64,000 nucleotides of DNA from an uncultured Coriobacteriaceae bacterium. Lineage in GTDB: Bacteria; Actinomycetota; Coriobacteriia; Coriobacteriales; CADBOM01. Made by a program: the position numbers and the translations under genes. Within the stretch, counting starts at the first letter, position 1; every line of letters starts with the position of its first letter. The stretch lies in contig CAZOMM010000001.1 of the NCBI GenBank assembly GCA_964581165.1, forward strand, positions 14,560-78,559, read 5' to 3'. Below are positions 28,377-37,599 of this stretch, piece by piece. The notes under the pieces were generated by a model. That model saw nothing but the letters and a program-made list of their open reading frames with translations. It was not told the DNA's origin and made no database searches.

Positions 28377-30533
28377 TTACTCGACCTTAAAGCCACCAAT
28401 CGGGGTTTCCACATTGTCGTTAGTTAGACCTAGATCTTTTTTGGCTGCACGTAGCTCCCATTTGTGAAGATCGCATATCAGCCAGGTAAGACCAGCTGCT
28501 GCATACAAAAGAACAATCGCAGGCAGCAGTATCCCAGAGTCTTCTATCAGCAACATGAGTACGGCAACGATCATCGCTGCGGTAAACGAGGCCTTAAAAG
28601 CTGTATTTCTCTCCCAAAACACAGCATATGGGCCAGGCTTTCTGATACGCAGCCATGCCAAGTAAATCCAAACAATAACTAGCACAACTGATAGAACTGG
28701 ATTAAGCAGTAGTGTTTCTACGCTAAGAGATAGCATGCTTCTAATAATTACAGGTACGTAGGCTATACCCTGATCGAGCAAATTAGTGGCAGTGGCACCA
28801 AGATGTGATTGTCCATCGCCTAGCGTTCCATCCACAATTATCAAAAGCAATGTAAGTAGGCCGCAGGCGATTACCGTTAATGTTACAGCTCGCCAATTCA
28901 ATCTGCGTCCAATAAACATCCACCAAGCACAGCCCACGCCTACTGTACCCCAAACCAACACGCCAAAATTAGCTCCCCACCAAGGTGCCACAATTACGGC
29001 AATAATCAAAAACGAGGCTATTGGAAATAAATACTTAGCAAAAGTCTTTGAAGCCTTTAGATCGGGAAACCTGTTTAAAATCAAGCCAGAAAATAGCAGC
29101 CACGATCCAAATAGAACTCCTGCTCCCTCGTTGCCTATACCCGAGAATCGCACAGCCTCTATTGGTCTATAGGAAAGATATCCCGCTTGGGCAAGTATTC
29201 CGCCTGCGAGCTGATCTACTAGCAGCACAATTATTGTTGCAGCCATTAAGAACAGCAGCGAATAGAGCCAGCGTGTAAATCTACCTACCAAGGTGGCAAC
29301 AAGGGCTATAACTACGGTGAGCACAAGACACAGACTCAAAGAGCCGTTTGGTGTGATTCCATCAGCTGCCAGTGGATACATTAGATATGTAGCCAGGGGA
29401 TAAGACATTGTGAGTATCCACAACAGTCTTGTTATGGATATCAAAACACTGAGCACTCGCACAGGTAAGCGTATTGCACGAGAAAGCATCACGATAGAAA
29501 AAGCAAAGGATACCGACAATACGGCGATAAAGGTATATGTTGCGGTTTCGAGCGAGAGGTCAATTGCGCGGGAGTAAGAGGACACTCTGTCTAATTCAGA
29601 TATCGTTGTAGCAACATCTTCGTCATTAGAATTTTTGGCCGGATATAAAGCTCCGCCATTGTCGGCAATCTCTGAGATGCCTGCTAAGCCACAGATTGTA
29701 TCAGTGAGGTCCAGGATGGTTACAGTTCCGGCACGGATAGTTACCGGCGAAAAAAGCAGGCCATCCATGTCCTTAGCAAGCACAATTAGCGGACCCATTG
29801 CATCGTCAGAATGGTCTGAATTGGTGGTTTCGGCCAAGGAGGAATAGATAATCAGAGCATCATCTCCATCCATAAGCGACAAGATTTCTCCAACCACCTC
29901 ATCAAAGGACGAGAGTGCCCAACTCCATTGCTCGTCTGCGTTGTCCACAATCCCATCTATCCTTGCTGCGCCTGCTCTGTAGAGATCTCCCGTATCTATT
30001 GCAAGGGCTTGGTTGCGCTGTGTGGAGTCAATGGCTTTTTGTATATGGTTGAGCAAAGCTTCGTAGTTTGTTTCGGCTTTACCTGCAGCTTCTTCGTTTT
30101 GACTCAGGATATCATCTGGGTTATAGGCTTCGTATTCAACATGCCCGCCCTCGTCTGCCACTGCTATAAATGCTGGTCTTACCTCTTGTTCTTCATAATC
30201 GCTATTGCCTATTGCGGCAGTTTGCCAACCCGCATCGCTAAGTGCCTGTCCTAGTCTTCCCTGCAAACTCCTTGTGTCTGTACTAGAAGGTTCCGGGCAC
30301 CACCAACCAGCAGCTAGGCTAGAAGCTGATTCTTCTGGGGTGACAATTTGCTTGTCTATTCTCGAGATTGATCTGGCTACTAGGTTTGCAACACCTGCAT
30401 ATTCCAAAATAGAGTTGATATTTGGTGTGGACACATCGCTAATGTCATCCCATGTTAAAAATGGCGCGTCTAGCAAAAAGATTTGCTGCTTGCCATCACC
30501 TTGTGAATCTAGGGGATTGGACAAGGTTTGCAA
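28377..30533 (-). CDS. large polytopic membrane protein with about 330-aa N-terminal soluble domain, unknown function (ORF stays open upstream to 30665)
   Basis: 718 aa from the TTG at 30533, with more than 10 predicted TM helices in the C-terminal half. See the finding on a probable non-canonical upstream start. Confidence 0.7.
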   Translation of the reverse strand: MQTLSNPLDSQGDGKQQIFLLDAPFLTWDDISDVSTPNINSILEYAGVANLVARSISRIDKQIVTPEESASSLAAGWWCPEPSSTDTRSLQGRLGQALSDAGWQTAAIGNSDYEEQEVRPAFIAVADEGGHVEYEAYNPDDILSQNEEAAGKAETNYEALLNHIQKAIDSTQRNQALAIDTGDLYRAGAARIDGIVDNADEQWSWALSSFDEVVGEILSLMDGDDALIIYSSLAETTNSDHSDDAMGPLIVLAKDMDGLLFSPVTIRAGTVTILDLTDTICGLAGISEIADNGGALYPAKNSNDEDVATTISELDRVSSYSRAIDLSLETATYTFIAVLSVSFAFSIVMLSRAIRLPVRVLSVLISITRLLWILTMSYPLATYLMYPLAADGITPNGSLSLCLVLTVVIALVATLVGRFTRWLYSLLFLMAATIIVLLVDQLAGGILAQAGYLSYRPIEAVRFSGIGNEGAGVLFGSWLLFSGLILNRFPDLKASKTFAKYLFPIASFLIIAVIVAPWWGANFGVLVWGTVGVGCAWWMFIGRRLNWRAVTLTVIACGLLTLLLIIVDGTLGDGQSHLGATATNLLDQGIAYVPVIIRSMLSLSVETLLLNPVLSVVLVIVWIYLAWLRIRKPGPYAVFWERNTAFKASFTAAMIVAVLMLLIEDSGILLPAIVLLYAAAGLTWLICDLHKWELRAAKKDLGLTNDNVETPIGGFKVE

Positions 30534-30985
30534 TGAAGCACCCTCGTCTGTGGTTCCAAGCGCAAGTGCGGCAGACGTGCAATTTAGCGTTATTGTTCCA
30601 GATAGGGCCAGGCTTGCAAGTAAAACAATCCACAGCCTTTTTAGAATGGCTATTGTTTCTCCTTTTTAAATCTCTTTGTTTCTAGACTTTTTAGTCTTTT
30701 TAGACCTAGTTTATGAATGTTATCACTGGCATGTATCAGCATGTCAGATCGACTCCGGGTTTGCGTTGTTCTTCATGAAAAACTTAATTTGAACCTGTCT
30801 AGCTTGCGATTTCAATCAAGTAGATCTGCGTTAGCAGAAACAATAAAGAACATTGCTTTGTACCCGTTCGGTAATTGTGTCAATTCTGGTTTAACATGGT
30901 AACGGCTACTAGGTAGCTCATACTTTGATCTGTAGAACGATTCATGGGACAGGGGATTCTCCAAAGAGACTTCGAAAGGAACCAA

Positions 30986-32089
30986 ATGAAAATACTTCTT
31001 GCCGCATCTGAGGCGAGTCGGGTTCGGCGCTTTTATATGCCGCTTTTAAATAAGCTGCGTGATATAGGGGGAGTTGTTCATTTGGCTTTGGGGGATCTAG
31101 ATGCAGACATTTCCGAATATCTGGCCGATGTTGTGCTGCGGTTTTTGTGTTTAAGTCCAGAGTCTAAGGGCAGTGGATCGAGTGAACTTGCAGCCCTTTT
31201 AACCAACGAAAGATACGATGTTCTTATTTGCTGTGGTCAATCTGCGGCAAATTGTTGTTTTAAAGTTCTATCTCGTTTGAGAACCAAGCCATCTGTGGTG
31301 ATAGTTCAAGACATGCCTCTGGTTTTTGATTGTTTCTGTAATCCCTTCGCTAAAGGATTGAATAAACGCAATTTCAAAAAACTGAGATCTTGCACCGATT
31401 TGTTTTTGGCATCCAATTCAGCTGATCTAATAACGGCACAAAGGCTGTTGCCTCAAACTAGATGTGAACTTGTGCCTGCTACTGGATTAAATCTTATGGC
31501 CTGTAAACCGGCTTCTTTGGATACAAGAAACAAAGCAAGAGAGGCTTTGGCTTGCACAAACGACACTTTTTGCATTGTGACCAACGGCAACGCAGGCAAA
31601 AAAGGCATAGGTTTTCTCATAGACGCAATGCTCTATTTGCCAAGAATCATCAGTTTGTTTGTATTGGAAGCAAGCGAGCTCAAAACTAAGCTACAGAGAA
31701 AAATTACAAATTTGGGCTTGGAAGATAAGGTCCGTTTATTGACTGATTCCAAAACAAATGACTGCCTTGCTGCGGCAGATTTGGTGATAGATGCGAGTGT
31801 CGGCCTCGGTTTTTCTAACATGCTTGCAACTGCTCAGGCTATGGGGATTCCAGTTTTGGCTAATGCTGCTAGAGGTAATCTGGATTTGGTTGTAAGTGGT
31901 CATACCGGGCTTACATTTTCTGTGGGAGATCTAATGAGCTTGGTGTATGGGATACGCTCGATGATGTACCAGCAAACTCTGCGTGAATATCATGCGGATA
32001 ATGCGCAAAAGCAGCTTGCAAAATACGATGGTGAGCAGATGGCAAACCGTACTATAGAACTAATAGATTCCATCTATAAGATCTGCTAG
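30986..32089 (+). CDS. glycosyltransferase, GT-B fold (group 1 / GT4-like)
   Basis: C-terminal GLGFSNMLATAQAMGIPVLA...VVSGHTGL motif. The likely start is the ATG at 30986 (MKILLAAS). Confidence 0.7.
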   Translation: MKILLAASEASRVRRFYMPLLNKLRDIGGVVHLALGDLDADISEYLADVVLRFLCLSPESKGSGSSELAALLTNERYDVLICCGQSAANCCFKVLSRLRTKPSVVIVQDMPLVFDCFCNPFAKGLNKRNFKKLRSCTDLFLASNSADLITAQRLLPQTRCELVPATGLNLMACKPASLDTRNKAREALACTNDTFCIVTNGNAGKKGIGFLIDAMLYLPRIISLFVLEASELKTKLQRKITNLGLEDKVRLLTDSKTNDCLAAADLVIDASVGLGFSNMLATAQAMGIPVLANAARGNLDLVVSGHTGLTFSVGDLMSLVYGIRSMMYQQTLREYHADNAQKQLAKYDGEQMANRTIELIDSIYKIC

Positions 32090-32222
32090 AGTGCAGTGCG
32101 GCAGTTATGTTTCTAGGGCTAATAAACAGGATAGTTTGTGCACTTTCCAAAGCCGGAAAACATAGCAAAACGGAAAAATCAGCAAAACAAATCCAGCCTG
32201 GCCATGTTAGGGGGATTTCTTT

Positions 32223-33293
32223 TTGAGTTCTAAGACCTTTGTTTATTTTTTGTCTCGCAAGACTAAGCGCGGAGTTGCTGCCGTAATTCTTAGCTTAGTC
32301 TTGATTGCTTCTATGCTTCCAATTCAAGCATTTGCTGTTACCTCAGATGAACTAGAGCAACAGGCTCAGGAAGTAATAAACAAACTCAACGATATTCAAA
32401 CTCAAATTAATGAGACACAGGAAGCCTATGATAATGCTGTTGCTGCCTACGATGCCGCGAATGAGGCTATGGAGGAGGCTCAAAAACGCATAGACGAAGC
32501 CCAAACTGAGATTGACGAAATTCAGGACAGATTATCAGATCGCGTTGTTGCAATGTATCGCAGTGGTGGCCTTTCGTTGTTGGATGTGATACTTGGTTCG
32601 AATTCTTTTTCTGACTTTGTAACTGCTACAAACATGATTCTAACAGTCAACGAATATGACACTGATTTGGTTGCAGAGCTTCGGGAGGCTCGCAACGAGG
32701 CCAAAGCTGCAAATGAGGAATACGCCTATCAAAGCCAAGAAGCCGAAGCTCAGATGCAAGCTTCGCAAGAGGCTCAAGAGCAACTAAGTGCACAGGCCGC
32801 AGAAATGCAAGCAGAGATTGCAAATATCACAGAAGAGATGGCAGAACTGCAAGCTGCCGAAGATGCAGCATTTTTGACAGGATATTCTGCAACAAACGAT
32901 GTGATAGTTGGCAGTGGTTTGTTTGCTAATCCCTGCCCGGGCGCAAGTTATATATCCAGTGAATTTGGATATCGTACCTACGACAACTCATTTCATAAGG
33001 GTCTCGATTTTGCAGCCTCTACAGGCACTCCAATCTATGCAGCAGAAGCGGGGACTGTGATTATTTCGGGATATAGCTCGTCTGCTGGTTATTGGGTCGT
33101 TATTAGTCACGGAAATGGACTTGTTACCAAGTACATGCATATGGCAACACAGCCTTATGTTTCTGCAGGTCAAACGGTTACTAAAGGCCAAAACATTGGG
33201 CCTGTTGGATCTACCGGGAATTCTTCTGGGCCGCATCTTCATTTTCAGGTGGAGCTTAATGGGCAGGCTGTAAACCCACGGTATTACCTGTAA
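32223..33293 (+). CDS. M23-family metallopeptidase with N-terminal signal/TM and coiled coil
   Basis: HKGLDFAASTGTPIYAAEAGTV and GPHLHFQVELNG motifs, with a long Q/E/A-rich coiled-coil region. Confidence 0.85.
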   Translation: MSSKTFVYFLSRKTKRGVAAVILSLVLIASMLPIQAFAVTSDELEQQAQEVINKLNDIQTQINETQEAYDNAVAAYDAANEAMEEAQKRIDEAQTEIDEIQDRLSDRVVAMYRSGGLSLLDVILGSNSFSDFVTATNMILTVNEYDTDLVAELREARNEAKAANEEYAYQSQEAEAQMQASQEAQEQLSAQAAEMQAEIANITEEMAELQAAEDAAFLTGYSATNDVIVGSGLFANPCPGASYISSEFGYRTYDNSFHKGLDFAASTGTPIYAAEAGTVIISGYSSSAGYWVVISHGNGLVTKYMHMATQPYVSAGQTVTKGQNIGPVGSTGNSSGPHLHFQVELNGQAVNPRYYL

Positions 33294-33379
33294 GAAGTCG
33301 AGGAACTCTAGCCAGCAAGCTCTGGCCAGCAAAGCGGATCAAAGCGGACACAGTTTTTGAAACATAACCCAAAAATTAA

Positions 33380-33413
33380 AGGAGCCATCACATGACGGCT
33401 CCTCTTGTCTTTT
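33380..33413. terminator. bidirectional terminator between the M23 gene and tRNA-Asp
   Basis: GGAGCC (33381-33386) pairs with GGCTCC (33397-33402). T-runs follow on both strands (TCTTGTCTTTT and TTTAATTTTT). Confidence 0.65.
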
Positions 33414-33416
33414 AGG

Positions 33417-33493
33417 TGGCGGGATGTACGAGACTTGAACTCGCGACCTCTGGCTTGACAGGCCAGCGCTCTAACCAACTGAGCTAACACCCC
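33417..33493 (-). tRNA. tRNA-Asp (anticodon GTC)
   Basis: Hand-folded 77-nt cloverleaf GGGGTGT..GCTC/GAGC..CTGGC-CTGTCAA-GCCAG..GCGAG-TTCAAGT-CTCGT..ACATCCC-G-CCA. Confidence 0.9.
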
Positions 33494-33698
33494 ACTTGCT
33501 TGTCTTTTCGTTCAGACAGCGACGGTTATCTTACACAGCGCCTATCGGCTTGTCCACGCGCTTTTTTAAAAAGATCAGACAAGGCTTCTCTTGAGCGGTG
33601 GGCGGTTCTAAAGCGTAACTTTTTGGCCTACAGTGCAACTTTTCTCACTCTGGGAGATTTTAAAGTGGTTTTAAAGCAACCCTAGAGCGTAACTTTAA

Positions 33699-33728
33699 AG
33701 ATGTGGCCCTAGAAGATGTGGCCCTAGT
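33699..33728. repeat. 15-bp tandem duplication AGATGTGGCCCTAG(A/T)
   Basis: Copies at 33699-33713 and 33714-33728. A second nearby duplicate, AATTGCATCATTT, lies at 33898-33910 and 33913-33925. Confidence 0.85.
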
Positions 33729-34116
33729 ACCCTCGGTGCCCCTAGTGTGATCTTAGCGCCTTGTTGTAAGAGACTTACGGCAGGTGTCAAAGAGGCGAAG
33801 CATCAAAGCGGCGTTATAATCTTGGGACTGCATAAGACATGACAAAGCTTTATTGCTTCAGAAACAGATATGAAAGTTATCAGAAAGGATCCAAGGCAAT
33901 TGCATCATTTGTAATTGCATCATTTAGATGTGCTGCTATTGTATGTTAGCTCTGTAGAGCTTAAACACCATGCTATAGGTTAATGATTTGGTGCACAAAA
34001 GTTCCGTTTATCCAAAACACGCTGTGCGCTGAGTGCAGAACTTTTATGCATGAGCATTTTATTTTTCAGTCTCGCGGATAGAATTTAAAGCAAACGATTT
34101 CTGGAGGAGATACACA

Positions 34117-35883
34117 ATGAGTTCTCTCTCTAATTTTTTTAGATCAGACACTGGCGATTCCGCCCAGCCTGATGCTGCGTTTTATTTAAATGCAGCCACC
34201 CAGGCGCGGGCTGATGATCGTATGAAATTGGCAATACATTTGTATTTAGCTGCTTTTGAGCTAGATCGCCTAGACCACGAAGTTCCAAGTGATACTGTGC
34301 TAGATGGCATGCAAGATGCTTGGAATATTGCATGTGAGATTTCGGATCGCTCCAGTGCTGAGACTCTGTTTACCGAGCTTGCTCCTTATAGTTCGCCAGA
34401 CCAGGTGCATTCAAGAGCTATGCAACTTCAGGATATGACGGTAAGTCAGCTAGAAGAAATGGGAATTCCAAGCGATCGTATTGAGAAAGCTCACCGTATC
34501 TATTCTCCAGAAGCCGTCAGTGCTCCAGAGACTGTTAATGCCCCAGAGGCCCTCAATGCAGGTGTTGATCCTGATTTTCTTAACAAGATGTTTGGGATGT
34601 TTAAACAAGGACCAGACAGTTCAAATCAGGATGCTAAGCCTGCCGATGGTAAAGATACTGGGACAAAACGCGAACCGGTTGTTCCTCAGTGGGGGAGAGG
34701 TCGCGACGATTCCGCCTTTCCTGATACAGATTATGGTGAACTCATTGGATATGAAAGTGCTCTAAAGTCTATGTGCGTGTTTGGATTTGAGACTGCAGCC
34801 GATGAGGAATATAGGCGTTTTGTAAAAGAAAACTCCATCTTTCATGGGGTAGAGGGCTTGTCGCTATACGATCCATTCCTCTTTTATGGGCCATCTCGCG
34901 AAGATGTCTATGAATTTGCCGAGGCTACAGCAGGCGAAATTGGCAATCCTGTAGTTACCCTTCATGTACGCACCGACGATGATGGCATGTGGACAATTAG
35001 GCTAAGCGGTCCATTTAAGAAGGGCTTTCTTGGAGTGTCGGATCCCACAGACATTCCAACGCCCTGCACTTTTGTGATCGAAAACATCGACATATTGCAG
35101 GATTTTATTCGCGCTGCCATCAAAGCCGATTCTCAATCGGATGAGATTATGCCTTCCCATGCCGCAAGAGCCTACGGTGAGATTCTTAGCTATATACATG
35201 CGATTTTGCAAAAGCCAGATGTGTTCCCAATAATTACTGCGCAATCGAATTTGGATCTTGCCCCTCAGTTTTTGGATATGTTTGATAGGTTGCAGCGCAT
35301 AGCAGTTGATCTTCCAAATTTTGAGGAGCGTAAAAAGATTTGGATTAATTTTGCAAAGGGCCATGCCTCGTTTTCGGACATTAATATCGACGAGTTGGCA
35401 GAGGTTTCAGAGGGTGTCTCTCGTCATGATTTGATTACAGCCGGACGTAATGCTGTAAGAGATGTTTTTCAGGAGTCTTTGGCTAACAATGTCTACAGGT
35501 ACGTAACAATCAACGACGTGCTCTTTGAGCTTGTTCCCTTTGTTTCTCAACAAGAGGGCAAAGCTTATACAGCAATGGAAGATGCTGCTGTGGAGGCCTT
35601 TGTTGATGAGTTAGATGGCATGTGTTTTGAGTCCTTTGAGTCTGAGGATGCAGCACTGAATAGTTCGGATGATGTTTTGTCGGCTGCAGATACTACATTG
35701 AGTGCCTTAGAGAAAGATTCGTTAGAGGCCACTTCGTCAAAGAAAGCTTTGGCGGAGGATGAATTATCGCAAACCAACAATTCAGGCAATGCCAATGCCG
35801 ATGCGAACTCCGATATCGATGCGAACTCTGGCACCGATGCAAGTTCTGATATCGACGTGAACTCCGAAGAGGATCTCTTGTAA
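34117..35883 (+). CDS. AAA+-like protein with degenerate Walker A/B (probable pseudo-ATPase), helical-repeat-like N-terminus and acidic repetitive tail
   Basis: LFYGPSREDV stands where the GPPGTGK P-loop would be, and TFVIENIDIL where the hhhhDE Walker B would be. The C-terminal tail reads NANADANSDIDANSGTDASSDIDVNSEEDLL. Confidence 0.55.
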   Translation: MSSLSNFFRSDTGDSAQPDAAFYLNAATQARADDRMKLAIHLYLAAFELDRLDHEVPSDTVLDGMQDAWNIACEISDRSSAETLFTELAPYSSPDQVHSRAMQLQDMTVSQLEEMGIPSDRIEKAHRIYSPEAVSAPETVNAPEALNAGVDPDFLNKMFGMFKQGPDSSNQDAKPADGKDTGTKREPVVPQWGRGRDDSAFPDTDYGELIGYESALKSMCVFGFETAADEEYRRFVKENSIFHGVEGLSLYDPFLFYGPSREDVYEFAEATAGEIGNPVVTLHVRTDDDGMWTIRLSGPFKKGFLGVSDPTDIPTPCTFVIENIDILQDFIRAAIKADSQSDEIMPSHAARAYGEILSYIHAILQKPDVFPIITAQSNLDLAPQFLDMFDRLQRIAVDLPNFEERKKIWINFAKGHASFSDINIDELAEVSEGVSRHDLITAGRNAVRDVFQESLANNVYRYVTINDVLFELVPFVSQQEGKAYTAMEDAAVEAFVDELDGMCFESFESEDAALNSSDDVLSAADTTLSALEKDSLEATSSKKALAEDELSQTNNSGNANADANSDIDANSGTDASSDIDVNSEEDLL

Positions 35884-35938
35884 AGAATTCCTTGTAATTG
35901 GCGCCAAGGAAGTAGCTGCCAAGGCAGTAGCTGACACA

Positions 35939-35982
35939 GGGCAGGTTACCTAAATGGAAGGAAACCTGCCCTTTATTCTTGC
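35939..35982 (+). terminator. intrinsic terminator after the AAA+-like gene
   Basis: GGGCAGGTT (35939-35947) pairs with AACCTGCCC (35963-35971), followed by TTTATTCTT. Confidence 0.7.
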
Positions 35983-36348
35983 AAAAAAATAAAGATACCA
36001 CCTCGTATCAATACTCATTACAGAAACCAAGGATTTTTTTCAGCTAAGAAACAGGAATCCATTACTAAAATCTGAAATGTGAATCGCTTGTGCATCGTCT
36101 CATCATGACAATGGTATATTAGCTCGCAATAAAATTACTCTTTTTGAGTTTTGTTTTATTGATATGCAGGTCCATGAGATGCCAGGTTGAGGATGAGGGT
36201 CCTTCCTGTGGTCGATGGGGGACGTAGGACGTACCTTTATAGCCTAGGAGGAAAAGGTTATTTGTACTGGCAGATCAGAAGCAAGGATACCGTGAGGTAT
36301 AGTACTGGGCGAGGGTATCCGTTTCGCTTCACTTTAGGGGGTGAGCCT

Positions 36349-37599
36349 ATGCCGGGCAAAAACACCGGGCTAGAACCCGGATTCTATGGTTATCTAGACT
36401 CACGAGGAATTTCACGTAGGAGCTTCGTAAAGTTTTGCGGCGGAATTGCTGCAGCTTTAGGTTGGTCTTACACAATGACTCCAAAGATTGCTAAGGCCAT
36501 AGAGGATGCCGCAGAAGAGTCACAGGGAAGTCTTGCTCCAGTTATATGGCTGGAGGCGGGTTCTTGTTCAGGATGCACCGAGTCTGCTGCTCAAGCTGCA
36601 AATCCTGATATAGCAACCATCGTTTTAGATCTGATTTCGCTCAATTATGCCGAAACCCTTTCTGCAGGAGCTGGCTATTCATTAGAAGAAGCCAAATCTG
36701 AGACTATCGAAGCCGGAGGGTACATTCTCGTTTACGAGGGTGCAGTCATGACTGGCTGGGATGGAAATGCCCTTAGAATTGCGGATCATAAGGGAACTGA
36801 CATCCTTCTTGAAGCTGCTGAAAATGCAGATGCAATCATTGCCTGTGGATCCTGTGCTGTAGATGGTGGCTGGGCTGCGGCCTATCCCAATCCAGGTGAT
36901 GCCACTGGTGTACAGAACTTCCTAGAAGAAAATGGAGTCTCTAAGCCAATCATTAACATTCCATGTTGTCCAGTTAATCCCGAGGCGCTTGTGGCTGTGC
37001 TAGTGGACTATCTCCTCATAGGACAACTTCCTGAGCTCAATTCCAAGAACATGCCTGAGTCTATGTTTGGGCAAGCAATACACGACAACTGTCCCAGACG
37101 AGGACATTTTGAAAATGGAGAGTTTGTTTATAAGTTTGGATCTGAGGAAGAAAAGAAGGGTTACTGTCTATATCCAGTAGGCTGTAGAGGTCCTCAAACG
37201 AGTTCTAACTGTCCTCGGATTAAGTGGAACAGAAACCTTAGCTGGTGTGTTCAATCGGGCGCCCCCTGCTGTGGATGTGCACAGGCCGATCCAAGCTCAA
37301 ACAGTGGAAACTGGGTTGAGGTAAACGCACCGTTTATATCGTCTAGACACCGCGATATCAGGATAGGTGATTTTGCCGTCCAGCCTCAAACGATAGCTCT
37401 TACAGTTGCTGGTGTTGTGGCTGCTGCAGTTGTGGTTCATGGTTTTGGAATGAAGGCATCCAAACGCACTGGTGGTGGTGCTCCTATCGAGACCGTGACA
37501 GATTATGAGCGCAAGCAGAGACTCAAGCGAGAGGCCACAATGAGTGCCTATGGCATCACAGATACAGAAGAAAATGATGGGAAAGGAGGTGGTCTGTGA
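36349..37599 (+). CDS. [NiFe] hydrogenase small subunit, Tat-exported, with C-terminal TM anchor
   Basis: Twin-arginine SRRSFVKFCGG, Fe-S Cys motifs (GSCSGCTES, CPRRGHF, CxxxGC..) and a C-terminal hydrophobic helix. AGGGGGTGAG lies upstream of the ATG at 36349. Confidence 0.9.
   Translation: MPGKNTGLEPGFYGYLDSRGISRRSFVKFCGGIAAALGWSYTMTPKIAKAIEDAAEESQGSLAPVIWLEAGSCSGCTESAAQAANPDIATIVLDLISLNYAETLSAGAGYSLEEAKSETIEAGGYILVYEGAVMTGWDGNALRIADHKGTDILLEAAENADAIIACGSCAVDGGWAAAYPNPGDATGVQNFLEENGVSKPIINIPCCPVNPEALVAVLVDYLLIGQLPELNSKNMPESMFGQAIHDNCPRRGHFENGEFVYKFGSEEEKKGYCLYPVGCRGPQTSSNCPRIKWNRNLSWCVQSGAPCCGCAQADPSSNSGNWVEVNAPFISSRHRDIRIGDFAVQPQTIALTVAGVVAAAVVVHGFGMKASKRTGGGAPIETVTDYERKQRLKREATMSAYGITDTEENDGKGGGL

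Noticed and set aside
30805-30820. 16-mer TGCGATTTCAATCAAG shared with 49922-49937
   Set aside because: For a 64-kb window on both strands, about one chance 16-mer match is expected. The flanks do not extend the match.
36187-36348. In-frame upstream extension of the hydrogenase small subunit (ORF-track start at 36187)
   Set aside because: The extension (MRMRVLPVVDGGRRTYLY...) precedes the Tat signal and has no homology-like features. A strong SD sits before the ATG at 36349, which places the RRSFVK motif at the normal distance from the N-terminus.
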